A stretch of 64,000 nt of DNA from Nitrosopumilus sp. (lineage in GTDB: Archaea > Thermoproteota > Nitrososphaeria > Nitrososphaerales > Nitrosopumilaceae). Below are positions 38,826 through 48,622 of this stretch, one piece after another. The position numbers and the translations under genes were made by a program. The notes beneath the pieces are model-generated. The model made no database searches, was not told where the DNA came from, and saw only the letters and a program-made list of their open reading frames with translations. Position 1 is the first letter of the stretch; each line of letters begins with the position of its first letter. Location of the stretch: positions 2,304,001 through 2,368,000 of the forward strand of contig OZ243974.1 of NCBI GenBank assembly GCA_965214775.1, written 5' to 3'.

Positions 38826-39002
38826 CTTTAGACCGTCTGATTTCTTTTGAATGCCATATGTTTTTCAAAGCATCATTCTGAAGGCTCAAACGTTGAACGT
38901 GGAAAAACACTATCATGACTGCCAGCAGCTCAACAAACCTTTCATAAAAGCCAAGGCAAATCCAAAACACCAGTAGACGCTATGTGAAACCTTGTCCGTA
39001 TC

Positions 39003-39101
39003 CTGTGATATGACGTCATTGTTGGGTCTGAGAGAGCTGCCGATGTGGGTGTTGAGTGCGGCCTGTCTGCTGTGATATGACGTCATTGTTGGGTCTGAGA
39101 G
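39003..39101 (+). repeat. 32-bp perfect direct repeat x2 with 35-bp spacer
   Basis: CTGTGATATGACGTCATTGTTGGGTCTGAGAG at 39003-39034 and 39070-39101. Confidence 0.9.
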
Positions 39102-39240
39102 CCGATCGGTACTTGCTATGTACAAAGATGCTAGGCAGGCTGACTTGCAACAGCAACAGGCAGAAGGCAACATGCCGTGCAGACGGCGAATGGGACATTC
39201 CTCCCGGATCAGGAATTCTGATCAAGCAGTAGGCAATAGC

Positions 39241-39405
39241 ATGATCAACGCGGGAATAGGCGTAGACAAAAAGAAGTGCGTTGCAGCAACAAAGGACAAT
39301 TCGGGCAACTGCTTCCCAAGTGTTTCATCTTTGAGAACGGTGTTTTTGCAACAACGGACTCTGCAACAAACCTCAAGACAAAACCCGGGATAATTGCCAA
39401 TCAGG
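39241..39405 (+). pseudogene. 5' fragment of IS110-family transposase
   Basis: MINAGIGVDKKKCVAATKDNSG then (frameshift) KCFIFEN resembles the IS110 DEDD N-terminus; truncated by a MITE. Confidence 0.55.
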
Positions 39406-39408
39406 GAA

Positions 39409-39563
39409 AGAGGGTTGGTTCAAAATTCAGACTCGGATACGTATAAACAAATTCACCTACACACAAATCGATTAAAATTCCTACAAACTGCATTGTCTGC
39501 AAAATAACTTTGACAAACGTACAGAAAAATCCGGGCATTTGCTTTCTGATTTCGGATTCTCCC
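39409..39563 (+). mobile_element. MITE family C
   Basis: Similar to 36530-36684 along its length (CAAATCGATTAAAAT, CAAACGTACAGAAAAAT, TCTGATTTCGGAT). Confidence 0.8.
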
Positions 39564-39599
39564 AATGTCCATTTTTTTAAATAGGCGCCCTGGTGTCTT

Positions 39600-39741
39600 C
39601 AGTAGTTGAAAATGTACATTATGTATGCCACCTGTGTGGTGGCGCCTCCATCCATCCACGGCTCTGCACACATGGGATTCCGCATGCCAGAACCACGTGA
39701 GACAGCTGCTCTGGTGAACAAAAGTACATTTTCAACTACTG
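39600..39741. mobile_element. MITE family H (CAG..CTG ends, 6-bp TSD)
   Basis: Perfect 18-bp TIR CAGTAGTTGAAAATGTAC; TSD TGTCTT. Confidence 0.9.
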
Positions 39742-39787
39742 TGTCTTGATTATATACATTAATATCCTAATTTACAATACAAAACGT

Positions 39788-40063
39788 ATGAAAATCCTGA
39801 TTGACGAAATGGATGACGGATGGGATGAAAAGCTCAACGATTTGGGACATGATGCATATAGCGTTAAAAAATTACGCATGGAGGGGCACAAGCTTGGATC
39901 TGACTATTCTGTGATAAATTATGCAAAAGAAAACGGCATGATTTTGGTTACCCGTGATAAGGAAAACGGCAAGGCTTGTCAGGAAAGTGGTTTGCCACAC
40001 ATATGGTTGACCGATGATTATATTTTCAAACTAGTTGTTGAAAAATTAAAAAATCTTAGTTGA
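39788..40063 (+). CDS. DUF5615/Mut7-C PIN-like protein
   Basis: MKILIDEM...SD..VI..A..NG.ILVTRDK PIN motif. Confidence 0.85.
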   Translation: MKILIDEMDDGWDEKLNDLGHDAYSVKKLRMEGHKLGSDYSVINYAKENGMILVTRDKENGKACQESGLPHIWLTDDYIFKLVVEKLKNLS

Positions 40064-40622
40064 GATTTTCTGAATTAATCTGATCTATTCTCAAGTTTGC
40101 CAATACTTCGTTCAAAAACGCCTCTTCTGTTTGATGTGAAATGATGTCCATTATTGCATGCCAACAGTCGTCAATTTTTCTGTTAATTTGGGGAAACATC
40201 TTGTCTTTTCTGAACGCAGGATAAAACGACAATAACCTCATGATTCCATCCGTCGACTGCACAATGTGGATAAAGTGAATGACCGATCTTAGCCTTTCAT
40301 AAAACGTAAATTTTTCTTCCCTGGTCAAGCCGTCAAACCTCAGAATTTCCTCTAAAACCATCTCTGCTTCTCTATGCATGTTCTTGAGCTGATTGTTTAT
40401 TGATTCGTACAAATTGATCAGTTCATACTCGATGTGGGATCTGTCGTGAACTTTTCTCTCTATTTCTCCTGATTCTACCAACGCGCTGATTTCTCTGTAA
40501 ACCGTTTTCTCATTTCCGACTTTTTTGATGACTCTTTTTGCAAGATCAGTCCCCCTGGTCTTGCCGTTTTCATTTAGTATTCGAATAATCTCGGTTCTTA
40601 TGATCTCTGAATTCTTGTCCAT
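40056..40622 (-). CDS. wHTH-containing hypothetical protein
   Basis: N-terminal IIRILNENG..TVYREISALVESGEI. Confidence 0.75.
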   Translation of the reverse strand: MDKNSEIIRTEIIRILNENGKTRGTDLAKRVIKKVGNEKTVYREISALVESGEIERKVHDRSHIEYELINLYESINNQLKNMHREAEMVLEEILRFDGLTREEKFTFYERLRSVIHFIHIVQSTDGIMRLLSFYPAFRKDKMFPQINRKIDDCWHAIMDIISHQTEEAFLNEVLANLRIDQINSENLN

Positions 40623-40633
40623 GGCAACTCCTC

Positions 40634-40903
40634 CTAGCTTCTCTGATATTTCTGAATCACTGCATTTTGCCCAGTCTCGTTAATTTCCCTTACTAATTCC
40701 TCTAGAATCATGATCCCTTTTTTGATTGGCTCTTTTTTGATATTTTTGTGCTCCAGTCTCTGTTTCAAAGCTGCTTTTTCGTTATTGACAAAGCCTAGCA
40801 GGGTGACACTGTCTCCCATGTTCAAATTTATGAAAAAATCAACGTACTCTTCTGTCGATTGAATTCCCATACGGTTTGCATCCTTATCTGGTATTTGATT
40901 CAA
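40634..40903 (-). CDS. Hypothetical protein
   Basis: 89-aa ORF. Confidence 0.7.
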   Translation of the reverse strand: MNQIPDKDANRMGIQSTEEYVDFFINLNMGDSVTLLGFVNNEKAALKQRLEHKNIKKEPIKKGIMILEELVREINETGQNAVIQKYQRS

Positions 40904-40946
40904 ACACTTGACCTAGGTTTATTTACAATTCTGACCATGATGATGC

Positions 40947-41198
40947 ATGGACAGCTGTGATAGGCGGGTTCGTGCCTACAAAAATGGAAAAACCATGGAA
41001 GAGTGCAAGCAGATTGCCGAATCCATGAATCCGGATTTTAAACTCCAAATCCAAAAAAACGGAAAGATTCTGTGGACTGAGATTTTGGAGCAGGTTGACC
41101 ATGACGAACTGCTTTACAAACTAACGCTCAAATATCTGCGGCGAGACGGCTATGACATAGGAAACCATAAGATTCCTGAGGTCAAAAAACTTACTTAG
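40947..41198 (+). CDS. Hypothetical protein
   Basis: 83-aa ORF. Confidence 0.7.
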   Translation: MDSCDRRVRAYKNGKTMEECKQIAESMNPDFKLQIQKNGKILWTEILEQVDHDELLYKLTLKYLRRDGYDIGNHKIPEVKKLT

Positions 41199-42024
41199 CA
41201 GAACCTATCTTGCAGCTGCCGTCGGGATTTCTTAACTTTCTTGCCATCACAAACGGTATTGCAAGCAAGACTGGTACTGAAACTGCAATAAACAATGTTT
41301 GCATCTGTGCTAGTGCAATTGATAGCGCTATTCCGCTTGCCGTGCCTATGAATATGGAAAGAAACGTCCCCGCACATGTTGGACATGCTATAAACAATCC
41401 TGTGGCAGCACCTATGGTGCTCATCCCGCTCCCTTTTTTGGAAACTGCGTATGCATTAGCAGCAACTGACGCGTTTAGTGCCACCAAATAAGACACAATC
41501 ACTTGCAAGACCAGGTTGATTGGGATTATCTGCAGTCCTACGTGTTCAGTCAGATATATGATTATTTTTGGCATGTATCCGGGACCGTCACAGCATGGCG
41601 CAATGAAGCCAGATGGAATGGAAGCCCCGTAGTGTGTGACAAAATTCACTTCCGGTTGGTAGACCAGCGTTCCTGAAACCAGTGAAAAAAATATCCCGTA
41701 CCCGATAAAAGTTGCCACAAATATTTTTCTTGACTTTGAATTCCACGTGGCAATTGCAATAATTGCAAACAGGTCCGTTCCATTTGATCCTGCCTTTCCT
41801 TTGTGATACCTGTACATTCCAAGCGCAATGGCGCCAAATGACGCAATAAGCGTAATGTAGAACCCGATTGCAATTCTCTGTATCGTTTCAAGCGCACTTG
41901 GTGTCATCAATCCCGGATCCTGGTACCTGCCATAGATTAGAAATATGATGGCAATGGCAACAAACCCTAAGATGATGAGTTTTTTGCCTTTGGATACAGC
42001 GGCACTTGCCTGTGATTTGTCCAT
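41191..42024 (-). CDS. Multi-TM membrane protein with CC and CPTC motifs
   Basis: About 6 TM helices; IACPTCAG. Confidence 0.8.
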   Translation of the reverse strand: MDKSQASAAVSKGKKLIILGFVAIAIIFLIYGRYQDPGLMTPSALETIQRIAIGFYITLIASFGAIALGMYRYHKGKAGSNGTDLFAIIAIATWNSKSRKIFVATFIGYGIFFSLVSGTLVYQPEVNFVTHYGASIPSGFIAPCCDGPGYMPKIIIYLTEHVGLQIIPINLVLQVIVSYLVALNASVAANAYAVSKKGSGMSTIGAATGLFIACPTCAGTFLSIFIGTASGIALSIALAQMQTLFIAVSVPVLLAIPFVMARKLRNPDGSCKIGSAK

Positions 42025-42058
42025 GCCTATGAGGTTTTTTGATGAAATTAAATTCTAT

Positions 42059-43885
42059 CTAGCTTAGTCTGGGTACGAAAATGTAGATGATTGCAATAAT
42101 TTCGAGTCTGCCAAAAATCATCAAAAACCCTAGCACGATCTTGGTGGCAGGATCCGTGTCAAAATCTATGACCTCTGCAGACAGCCCTCCGGTTGTAATT
42201 ACTCCTGCTGCCTCAAAGAATGCGTCTTGAAACGGCACATCTTCAATTGATGCTAAATGCAGCCCTGTGATTGCAGAAATTGTCGGAAACAACGCAATTA
42301 TGATTAGAGTCGAAGTGAGCTCTTTTTTTGCCTGGGTAGACAGTTCTGCTCTTTTTAATCTGCTAAATAACGCTGCGATGTCCTTAAAATGGAACAATCT
42401 GAAAATTTTCAAACCTCCTGCAGTTGAAAATCCGCATCCTCCAATAAACATCAAAATTATCAAAATTGCATGTGCCCCGCCGTTCAATCCTGCCAGGCTT
42501 TCTAACTGCAATCCTGCAGTCGTACTTGCCGAAACAGAATAAAACGCGCTATCTATGGGGTTCAGGCCGCTGACCCCCGTGAACAGTATGATTGCACTCC
42601 CTAAAATTGCAAAGTATGCCAATACTTCTTTGCCGAGTTTTGGTGCAAGGAATTTTTTCCTAACAAATGCATAGTGGAATGTAAACGGCAGTGCGCCAAG
42701 AATCATTGCACCCATTAAGACAACTTCCTTTTGCCAGCTGATGTCGTCTAAAATTTGCGAGGACGGTATGAATCCTCCTGTGGCCAGAGTGCTCATTGCA
42801 AGTGAAAAATTATCTAAAATGTTGGCCTCCCCAAAGAAAAACAGCAACATTGCGACAATTACGATGTATACTGCAAAAATTACGGTAATCGTTGAAAATA
42901 GCTCCTTCATGTGCAAAGTTCTGCCTGAAATAAAGCCTCTCATTGATTGTAGTTTTGATTCAGGATAAAACGCAGTGATTACCAGATAGATGAAACTCAT
43001 TCCCCCTACCATCTGGGTATAACTACGATAGAACGTGAAACTCTGTGTAAGATTTTCAGGCTCATCAAATAGTGAGATTCCCCCCGTAGTGAACCCTGCG
43101 GCGCTTGAGAAAAATGCGTTACCAAACACCTCCACATTCGTCTCGTCAGTAGGAAATACGTACAGATACGGAACTGTTCCAAACAGCGACAACAAGAACA
43201 GGCTTGAAAATACCAAAATTGACGCCTGCTGCAGGTTCAAGCTTGATTTTTCACCATATGAATTCAGAAAAAAGCCTGTTACAAGCAACAGGACCGTTGT
43301 AAGATAAATCCCGGTTGCCGTAACAGTGTCTTCCAAAATTGTAGCGACAATTGCCGGAACAAGTAAGAGCACTCCTGCAAACTGTAAAACAAAACCTAGA
43401 TTTCCCAAGACTGCCTTGACAGGAGGACTCAGCACTCTTGGCGAAACCACTGTGGCATCTCTTATCACATTTGCAATACTTGCTTGGAAAATCATTCCGA
43501 CGACCTGATTTTTCTTTGACAGTACCGGAAGCTTTCTAATGTGACTGTCTCTCATCTTGTGTAATGCGTCTTGGAGCGTGGATTTTTCACCAATGGTAAT
43601 TAGCGGGGTTGACATGATGTCTTTTAGGGTCGTATCTTCGGCAGAGACTGTCACATCGCTTACTTTGCTTAGAATGTCTTCATCTGTTACGATTCCGACC
43701 GGGAGTTTTTTACCGTCTGTCACAATAATGTCGTCAGTTTCATAATGTCTTAACATCCTTGCAGCCTCCCTTGTTAATGTATTTTCATTTAGTATCAGAA
43801 CATCTTTGTCCATGTATTCTGTAACATACTTGCTGAGAACATAGGAAACTGCCCGTTCTGGATTTGTAGACATTAAGCTACCCAT
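42059..43885 (-). CDS. trkH: TrkH-type potassium uptake protein with N-terminal CBS pair
   Basis: Four pore loops FTTGG/LATGG/TTAG/ITTGG, GGCGFSTAGGLK, GRLE; CBS domains. Confidence 0.88.
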   Translation of the reverse strand: MGSLMSTNPERAVSYVLSKYVTEYMDKDVLILNENTLTREAARMLRHYETDDIIVTDGKKLPVGIVTDEDILSKVSDVTVSAEDTTLKDIMSTPLITIGEKSTLQDALHKMRDSHIRKLPVLSKKNQVVGMIFQASIANVIRDATVVSPRVLSPPVKAVLGNLGFVLQFAGVLLLVPAIVATILEDTVTATGIYLTTVLLLVTGFFLNSYGEKSSLNLQQASILVFSSLFLLSLFGTVPYLYVFPTDETNVEVFGNAFFSSAAGFTTGGISLFDEPENLTQSFTFYRSYTQMVGGMSFIYLVITAFYPESKLQSMRGFISGRTLHMKELFSTITVIFAVYIVIVAMLLFFFGEANILDNFSLAMSTLATGGFIPSSQILDDISWQKEVVLMGAMILGALPFTFHYAFVRKKFLAPKLGKEVLAYFAILGSAIILFTGVSGLNPIDSAFYSVSASTTAGLQLESLAGLNGGAHAILIILMFIGGCGFSTAGGLKIFRLFHFKDIAALFSRLKRAELSTQAKKELTSTLIIIALFPTISAITGLHLASIEDVPFQDAFFEAAGVITTGGLSAEVIDFDTDPATKIVLGFLMIFGRLEIIAIIYIFVPRLS

Positions 43886-44003
43886 AGTTGGGGATTTTAA
43901 ATAATTTGGGGTTATGCAGCAGATTTGATCGTTAAAAAATTATTTACCTCTTGAGGCTGATCCGGAAATTTTGCTATCTTTATAAGCACTGAGCCTGAAG
44001 TTT

Positions 44004-44444
44004 ATGCGTAAGACGATGGATATTGACCAAGCACAAGAGGCCGATTATGAATCAGTCAAAATTGACTATGTCGGGTTTGTGGATCCCTATGCTGTAGAGG
44101 GGATGGTGATTCTCAAGGCTGACAGCGGAAAAGAATTTCACATGCGCGCGTTTTCTGGAGAAGTTGCAAGACACATCTCAAGTTTTGGCGAAACTAAAGG
44201 AGAGCCTGCCCCGTCCATTTACAAAATGATCGAGGAGATTTGTGAAGAAAACGAACTGGTTTTAGTTAAAGTGAAAATCTACGAGAGCGGCAAGGTATTG
44301 CGCGCAAATCTCTACCTTACTGGCAAAAAAGACCTGGTTTTAAGAAATTACAGGGCATCAGACGCAATGGCCCTTGGCGTCTATTATAAAATCCCAATTT
44401 TGGTTAGAAAGAATCTTCTAAAAGAAAGTATAGAGGCAGAGTAG
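44004..44444 (+). CDS. Bifunctional nuclease (DUF151) family protein
   Basis: RASDAMAL...PI motif. Confidence 0.8.
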   Translation: MRKTMDIDQAQEADYESVKIDYVGFVDPYAVEGMVILKADSGKEFHMRAFSGEVARHISSFGETKGEPAPSIYKMIEEICEENELVLVKVKIYESGKVLRANLYLTGKKDLVLRNYRASDAMALGVYYKIPILVRKNLLKESIEAE

Positions 44445-44713
44445 CCTGGAGCACTAGTACCAATAGCAGCACTAGTACCAGTGTTTTTTGATAGTCATTC
44501 ATTGCGGTGCCATAAATGAGCAAGAACGACTGCTGAGTGATATGCTAAATGAGGCAATGAAACAATTGAACATGATATACGCTCCGTCTTTGTGAGGGAA
44601 ACTGGGCTTTTGATTTACCAGAACAACCAGTTGTCGGTTTGCTCAAAATTAGAGATCAAATGGTTCCAAAACGATGGAATCCATCATCTGGAATGTGCCG
44701 CATCGATGTGTTG

Positions 44714-44796
44714 TATAGCAACGGGCAGAAGTCTTTGAGTCAAAGTAGGTCATAACTACGCGTAAAAAACCTCAATTATTTCTGCTCGTTGCTATA
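44714..44796 (+). mobile_element. MITE family B
   Basis: TIR TATAGCAACG.GCAGAA / TTCTGCTCGTTGCTATA. Confidence 0.85.
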
Positions 44797-44804
44797 GCCA
44801 GTAA

Positions 44805-44920
44805 CATCTGGGTGAAACGTAAACGGGACTGTTGTTGTTGTTTTTGTCTTGTTATTGAGGCGCCGTGCTTCTGTCCTGTTTCTGTTTTTACTCGATTTTT
44901 TGACATATTTAGCTTAGATG
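44805..44920 (-). mobile_element. MITE family D, diverged copy
   Basis: Reverse-complement homologue of 17819-17929 (TATTGAGGCGCCGTGC core). Confidence 0.8.
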
Positions 44921-44951
44921 TGCAGAACATAACACTTTTGATTCCGGCGTA

Positions 44952-45209
44952 ATGAATATTTTCATGGCCAATCTTGAAAAACTCTACAAAAAAGTTGCCT
45001 TGCAAATAATTGAAAGGTGTCACGGGGGAATCAAAATTGTAAAGCATGGAAGGATTATCAAAGTTTATGATCCTAAACGCCACATCTGGAGTAAGGGCCT
45101 AGCCGGATTAATCATCAAAGAGGAATGCAAAATTGCAAATCTTCGCCATTGGGAGTTGGCAAATGTCCGCAGCTATGTTGTCGATGAACTGCTCTCAAAA
45201 TCCGACTAG
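44952..45209 (+). CDS. Hypothetical protein
   Basis: 85-aa ORF (start may be 44964). Confidence 0.7.
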   Translation: MNIFMANLEKLYKKVALQIIERCHGGIKIVKHGRIIKVYDPKRHIWSKGLAGLIIKEECKIANLRHWELANVRSYVVDELLSKSD

Positions 45210-45469
45210 CGTGCCACTTTTCTGATCAAATGTGGCTCTTTGAGCATGATGGTGTCATCTTTGAGTGATGACAACACTACCTGCTTTAGGTTGTAATTCG
45301 TAATTACGATTAATGCCTCACATCTGGTACATAGAATTGTTTTTCCATCGGATCTCTCTTCTCTGATGACATTTTTTTCCAGCCTGTCACATTTTTCACA
45401 TGTGGGACAAAGTCCTGGTTCTTTTGAAATGGTGATTATCTCTTTGACAAAAATCGTCCTTCCTCCCAT
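45206..45469 (-). CDS. Zinc-ribbon hypothetical protein
   Basis: CPTC...CTRC. Confidence 0.72.
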   Translation of the reverse strand: MGGRTIFVKEIITISKEPGLCPTCEKCDRLEKNVIREERSDGKTILCTRCEALIVITNYNLKQVVLSSLKDDTIMLKEPHLIRKVAR

Positions 45470-46000
45470 ATTTTTTTCAATTTTGTTGCCTAGAAAAGAG
45501 TTTGCAAGTCAAGTCAATTGGCATCAGCAGTTTATCTTTGAGCGTCAAACCGTTTAATCGCTCAAATCTAAACGAATGGTATTCAATATATTTCCAATCC
45601 GGCCAATTGACAAATGCATCTGCAATCAAGAGAAAGATAATCTTTTTGATGCTATGTGTCATCTAGGCAAAATGTGAGCAAAAAGAATCGTCTTTGTCTT
45701 GTTGTTGGGAATATCTGGGACGTGTGCATGTGCATTTACTGCCTCAGTCTCCTGCCTGCAGGACTTTTCACCACTTTTGTTTATCTGGCCACAGAGTTTC
45801 TCCCATCTCTTGTGATTTTTTTGACTGCTTTTGAATAACTATGCGGGCATTTTGCCTTTGCATTTTTTTTGCTTGACGTGCTCTGATTTTTTCAGACTCC
45901 AATCATTCTGGATGCATGCATGCCTATTATGTTTCTAGTTCATACATCAGCATTAATGCCGTCCATGTAATTGTCGCAACTGATGATTCGTTTTTGGCTA

Positions 46001-47092
46001 CTATGTAACTATCTCATCTAGCCTGTCTTCCTCTTGAGCTCGCTTAATCTCCATTGCAATTCTTCTTCCGACACCAAACGTAGTTCCGTACTGGTACTTT
46101 GTGTATGGGCTAGTTGTCGCAACGATGGGGTTTCCAGGAACTCTTAATGAGACGTCATAAACAATCAACTCCAAATCCTTGGTAATCACACATTGCAATG
46201 AGAACGGACCGATTATTCCCGGTGCATACTCTTTTTTGGCTGCAGCCACAAACCTGTCTCCAATTTTGAATACCTTTTCTAACAGGGATTCTCTGATGCT
46301 TGCAGGAGTGTGTCCTACCTCGATATTTTGCAACTCCATGTCGATGTCAAGCTGCTGTTTTGCAGGAAGCGCATTATAGTCATGAATGTTGGTCTGCAGC
46401 CTTCTTTCAATCCCGATAAAATCGACCTGGTCTGAGATCAAGGTGTAAAAGAAGTTGAAATTCATGTATGTTCCAATTGCCAATTCCTCAATGCTGGCAA
46501 GCTCCAGATCTTTTCTTGCAATGATTCCTTGTTTGATCTTTGCCTCGGATTTTTCCTTGTAGTCCTTGTGGGATGAAACTGTAAAAAACGCTCTTTCTGA
46601 TGGCCTGCTCTTCTCTTGAACCTTTACAATACACGGCCTGTCGATTCCTTTTGGATCTTTGAATAATTTTGGATGTTTGATTCTGGCTTTCTCTAGCAGA
46701 TAGTATTGCCCTCTTTTTGCAGTCCTTTCTTCTGCCTGGAATAGTTTCCTGTTTCCAAAAATTGGAACCTTGAAAGAGTTCTCAAGGGTTTTGTATCCGA
46801 GATAAACGGCAAGCGAGCGGTGGGGGACAATTACCGTACTTGATTCCCTTAACTCCCTTTGATATTTGGCCAAAGCCATGTCTTTGAATTTGTTTAATAC
46901 CACGATGTTGTCTGCAATTCTGCCAAATCTTTGATATGGCCCCTCTCTGCCTTTCTGGCAGAATACCACGGTCTCAAAACCTTCATCTTTTGCTCCGTCC
47001 ATAATCTCAAGGGCCGAATGGCTTCCCAGTACGCCTATTTTTACGTCTGAATAACCGCTTACAATTTTTTTAATCTCAGAATCCCTTATCAT
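46001..47092 (-). CDS. purP: PurP-family ATP-grasp ligase (AICAR formylase-like)
   Basis: LGSHSALEIMDGAKDEGF, GIIGPFSLQ, GRRIAMEI. Confidence 0.88.
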   Translation of the reverse strand: MIRDSEIKKIVSGYSDVKIGVLGSHSALEIMDGAKDEGFETVVFCQKGREGPYQRFGRIADNIVVLNKFKDMALAKYQRELRESSTVIVPHRSLAVYLGYKTLENSFKVPIFGNRKLFQAEERTAKRGQYYLLEKARIKHPKLFKDPKGIDRPCIVKVQEKSRPSERAFFTVSSHKDYKEKSEAKIKQGIIARKDLELASIEELAIGTYMNFNFFYTLISDQVDFIGIERRLQTNIHDYNALPAKQQLDIDMELQNIEVGHTPASIRESLLEKVFKIGDRFVAAAKKEYAPGIIGPFSLQCVITKDLELIVYDVSLRVPGNPIVATTSPYTKYQYGTTFGVGRRIAMEIKRAQEEDRLDEIVT

Positions 47093-47192
47093 GTAAATCC
47101 TTGACGGGAGGATCTAATATAGCTAATTTCTCTTTTTTCAGATCGGCTGACTAGATCGCAAGATTTTTCTCAACCGCACTTTCATTGAATTC

Positions 47193-47339
47193 ATGCTGTA
47201 TCATTTTGAACTTCACATGGCAGGAGTGATTTTGTTAACTGCCATGGCCATAGGCGGAATCTCATTATGGCTGAAAAGACGACGTGAAAGACAGCAACTT
47301 GAGTCTGCATCAGATGCAGATGAATCCTCAAATTTCTAG
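47193..47339 (+). CDS. Single-TM microprotein (48 aa)
   Basis: MLYHFELHMAGVILLTAMAIGGISLWLKRRRERQQ...*; TM followed by a positive-inside cluster. Confidence 0.55.
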   Translation: MLYHFELHMAGVILLTAMAIGGISLWLKRRRERQQLESASDADESSNF

Positions 47340-47395
47340 TGTCCTGGCTGTGATTTTTGCTCTAATACATAAAATACAGTAATTTTCAAGAATAG

Positions 47396-47959
47396 TTGTT
47401 GAAACTAATCCTTGCCATCACCGGCAGTACCGGGGCAATTTATGGGATACGAATGCTTGAGACCCTGAAAAAACTCGACGTTAAAACGCACCTGGTAATT
47501 TCTGAGTGGGGCAAAAAATGCATTACGATGGAGACAGAACACTCTGTTGATTATGTAAAATCACTTGCAACAGATGTATCTGATGAAAAAAACATGGCCT
47601 CCAGCGTTTCTAGCGGGACTCACAGGGTTGACGGAATGGCCGTCGTCCCATGCAGCATGAAAACGCTGTCTGCCATTGCTAATGGCTATGATGATACTCT
47701 TGTTGCAAGAGCTGCCGGTGTCACAATCAAGGAATCCAGAAAACTGGTATTGATGGTTCGTGAAACCCCGTTGTCTGCAATTCATTTAGAAAACATGCTG
47801 AAACTTGCACGTCTTGGGATAGTAATTCTGCCACCTGTGACTGAGTTTTATACCAAGCCAAAGTCCATAGACGATATCGTAAATCACGGTGTCGGAAAGT
47901 GCCTTGATCAATTTGACTTAGAGCACAATTTATACCCTCGATGGGGATCTTCCTTCTAA
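47396..47959 (+). CDS. ubiX: Flavin prenyltransferase
   Basis: ITGSTGAIYG, PCSMKTLSAIA, RETPL, RWG. Confidence 0.93.
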   Translation: MLKLILAITGSTGAIYGIRMLETLKKLDVKTHLVISEWGKKCITMETEHSVDYVKSLATDVSDEKNMASSVSSGTHRVDGMAVVPCSMKTLSAIANGYDDTLVARAAGVTIKESRKLVLMVRETPLSAIHLENMLKLARLGIVILPPVTEFYTKPKSIDDIVNHGVGKCLDQFDLEHNLYPRWGSSF

Positions 47960-47966
47960 GATACAA

Positions 47967-48392
47967 TTGCCAACGTTTTCTTTTGTAAAAACAATATCTG
48001 CTGACAGGGATTTTGTTTTCGAGATTTTTTCAAATTATGAAGACTACCAAAAACTAATCCCGCAACATTTCCCGTCAATCCGGGTCCGTTCTGCCAGGGG
48101 TAATGTCGCAGTAGTTGAAGAACATGTGAATTTTGGACCTGAAGAGTTTGTCATCATGGCAAAACACATCTCAAAAAAACCCTCCATGCATGAAATTTAT
48201 GTAATTGGCGGCAATATCAAGGGAAGTCATTTCAAGCAGCAGTTCGTCGAAGTTCCTCAAGGAACCATGGTTGTCGTAGATGTTGAGATCAAGCTGGGAA
48301 GGCTAAAAATCAAAAAACTTCTTGGGGCAAGCAAATACGCCCAATATTATCAGAAAATTTTAGATGATTTTGCAAGACTGTGCGAAAGCTAG
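47967..48392 (+). CDS. SRPBCC/polyketide cyclase family protein
   Basis: FVFEIFSNYEDYQKLIP START-like pattern. Confidence 0.75.
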   Translation: MPTFSFVKTISADRDFVFEIFSNYEDYQKLIPQHFPSIRVRSARGNVAVVEEHVNFGPEEFVIMAKHISKKPSMHEIYVIGGNIKGSHFKQQFVEVPQGTMVVVDVEIKLGRLKIKKLLGASKYAQYYQKILDDFARLCES

Positions 48393-48595
48393 TCTGTTTT
48401 TGCTTTTTTGTCTTTAAAGTCTTTGAGTTCTTTTTCGCCTTCGATCTTTCCTTTCTCAAACTCTCCTTTTGCCTTGCCAAAAGTTTTGGCCAGTTCTGGG
48501 ATCTTTTTTGCCCCGAAAATCAGCACCACTGCGATGATTATGATGAAGATCCATTCTTGACCTGCAATAAAGTTGGCCAAATTCAGTCCTAGCAT
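48389..48595 (-). CDS. tatA: Twin-arginine translocase subunit TatA
   Basis: LIFGAKKIPELAKTFGKA..EF. Confidence 0.92.
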   Translation of the reverse strand: MLGLNLANFIAGQEWIFIIIIAVVLIFGAKKIPELAKTFGKAKGEFEKGKIEGEKELKDFKDKKAKTD

Positions 48596-48622
48596 TATGC
48601 ATCTTATATGTCAAGTTTGAAT

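Noticed and set aside
39003-39101. CRISPR mini-array (32-bp repeat, 35-bp spacer)
   Set aside because: Only two repeats, no cas genes, no typical repeat terminus, and partial similarity (GCCGAT) continues after both units; kept as a repeat within an IS110-like leader
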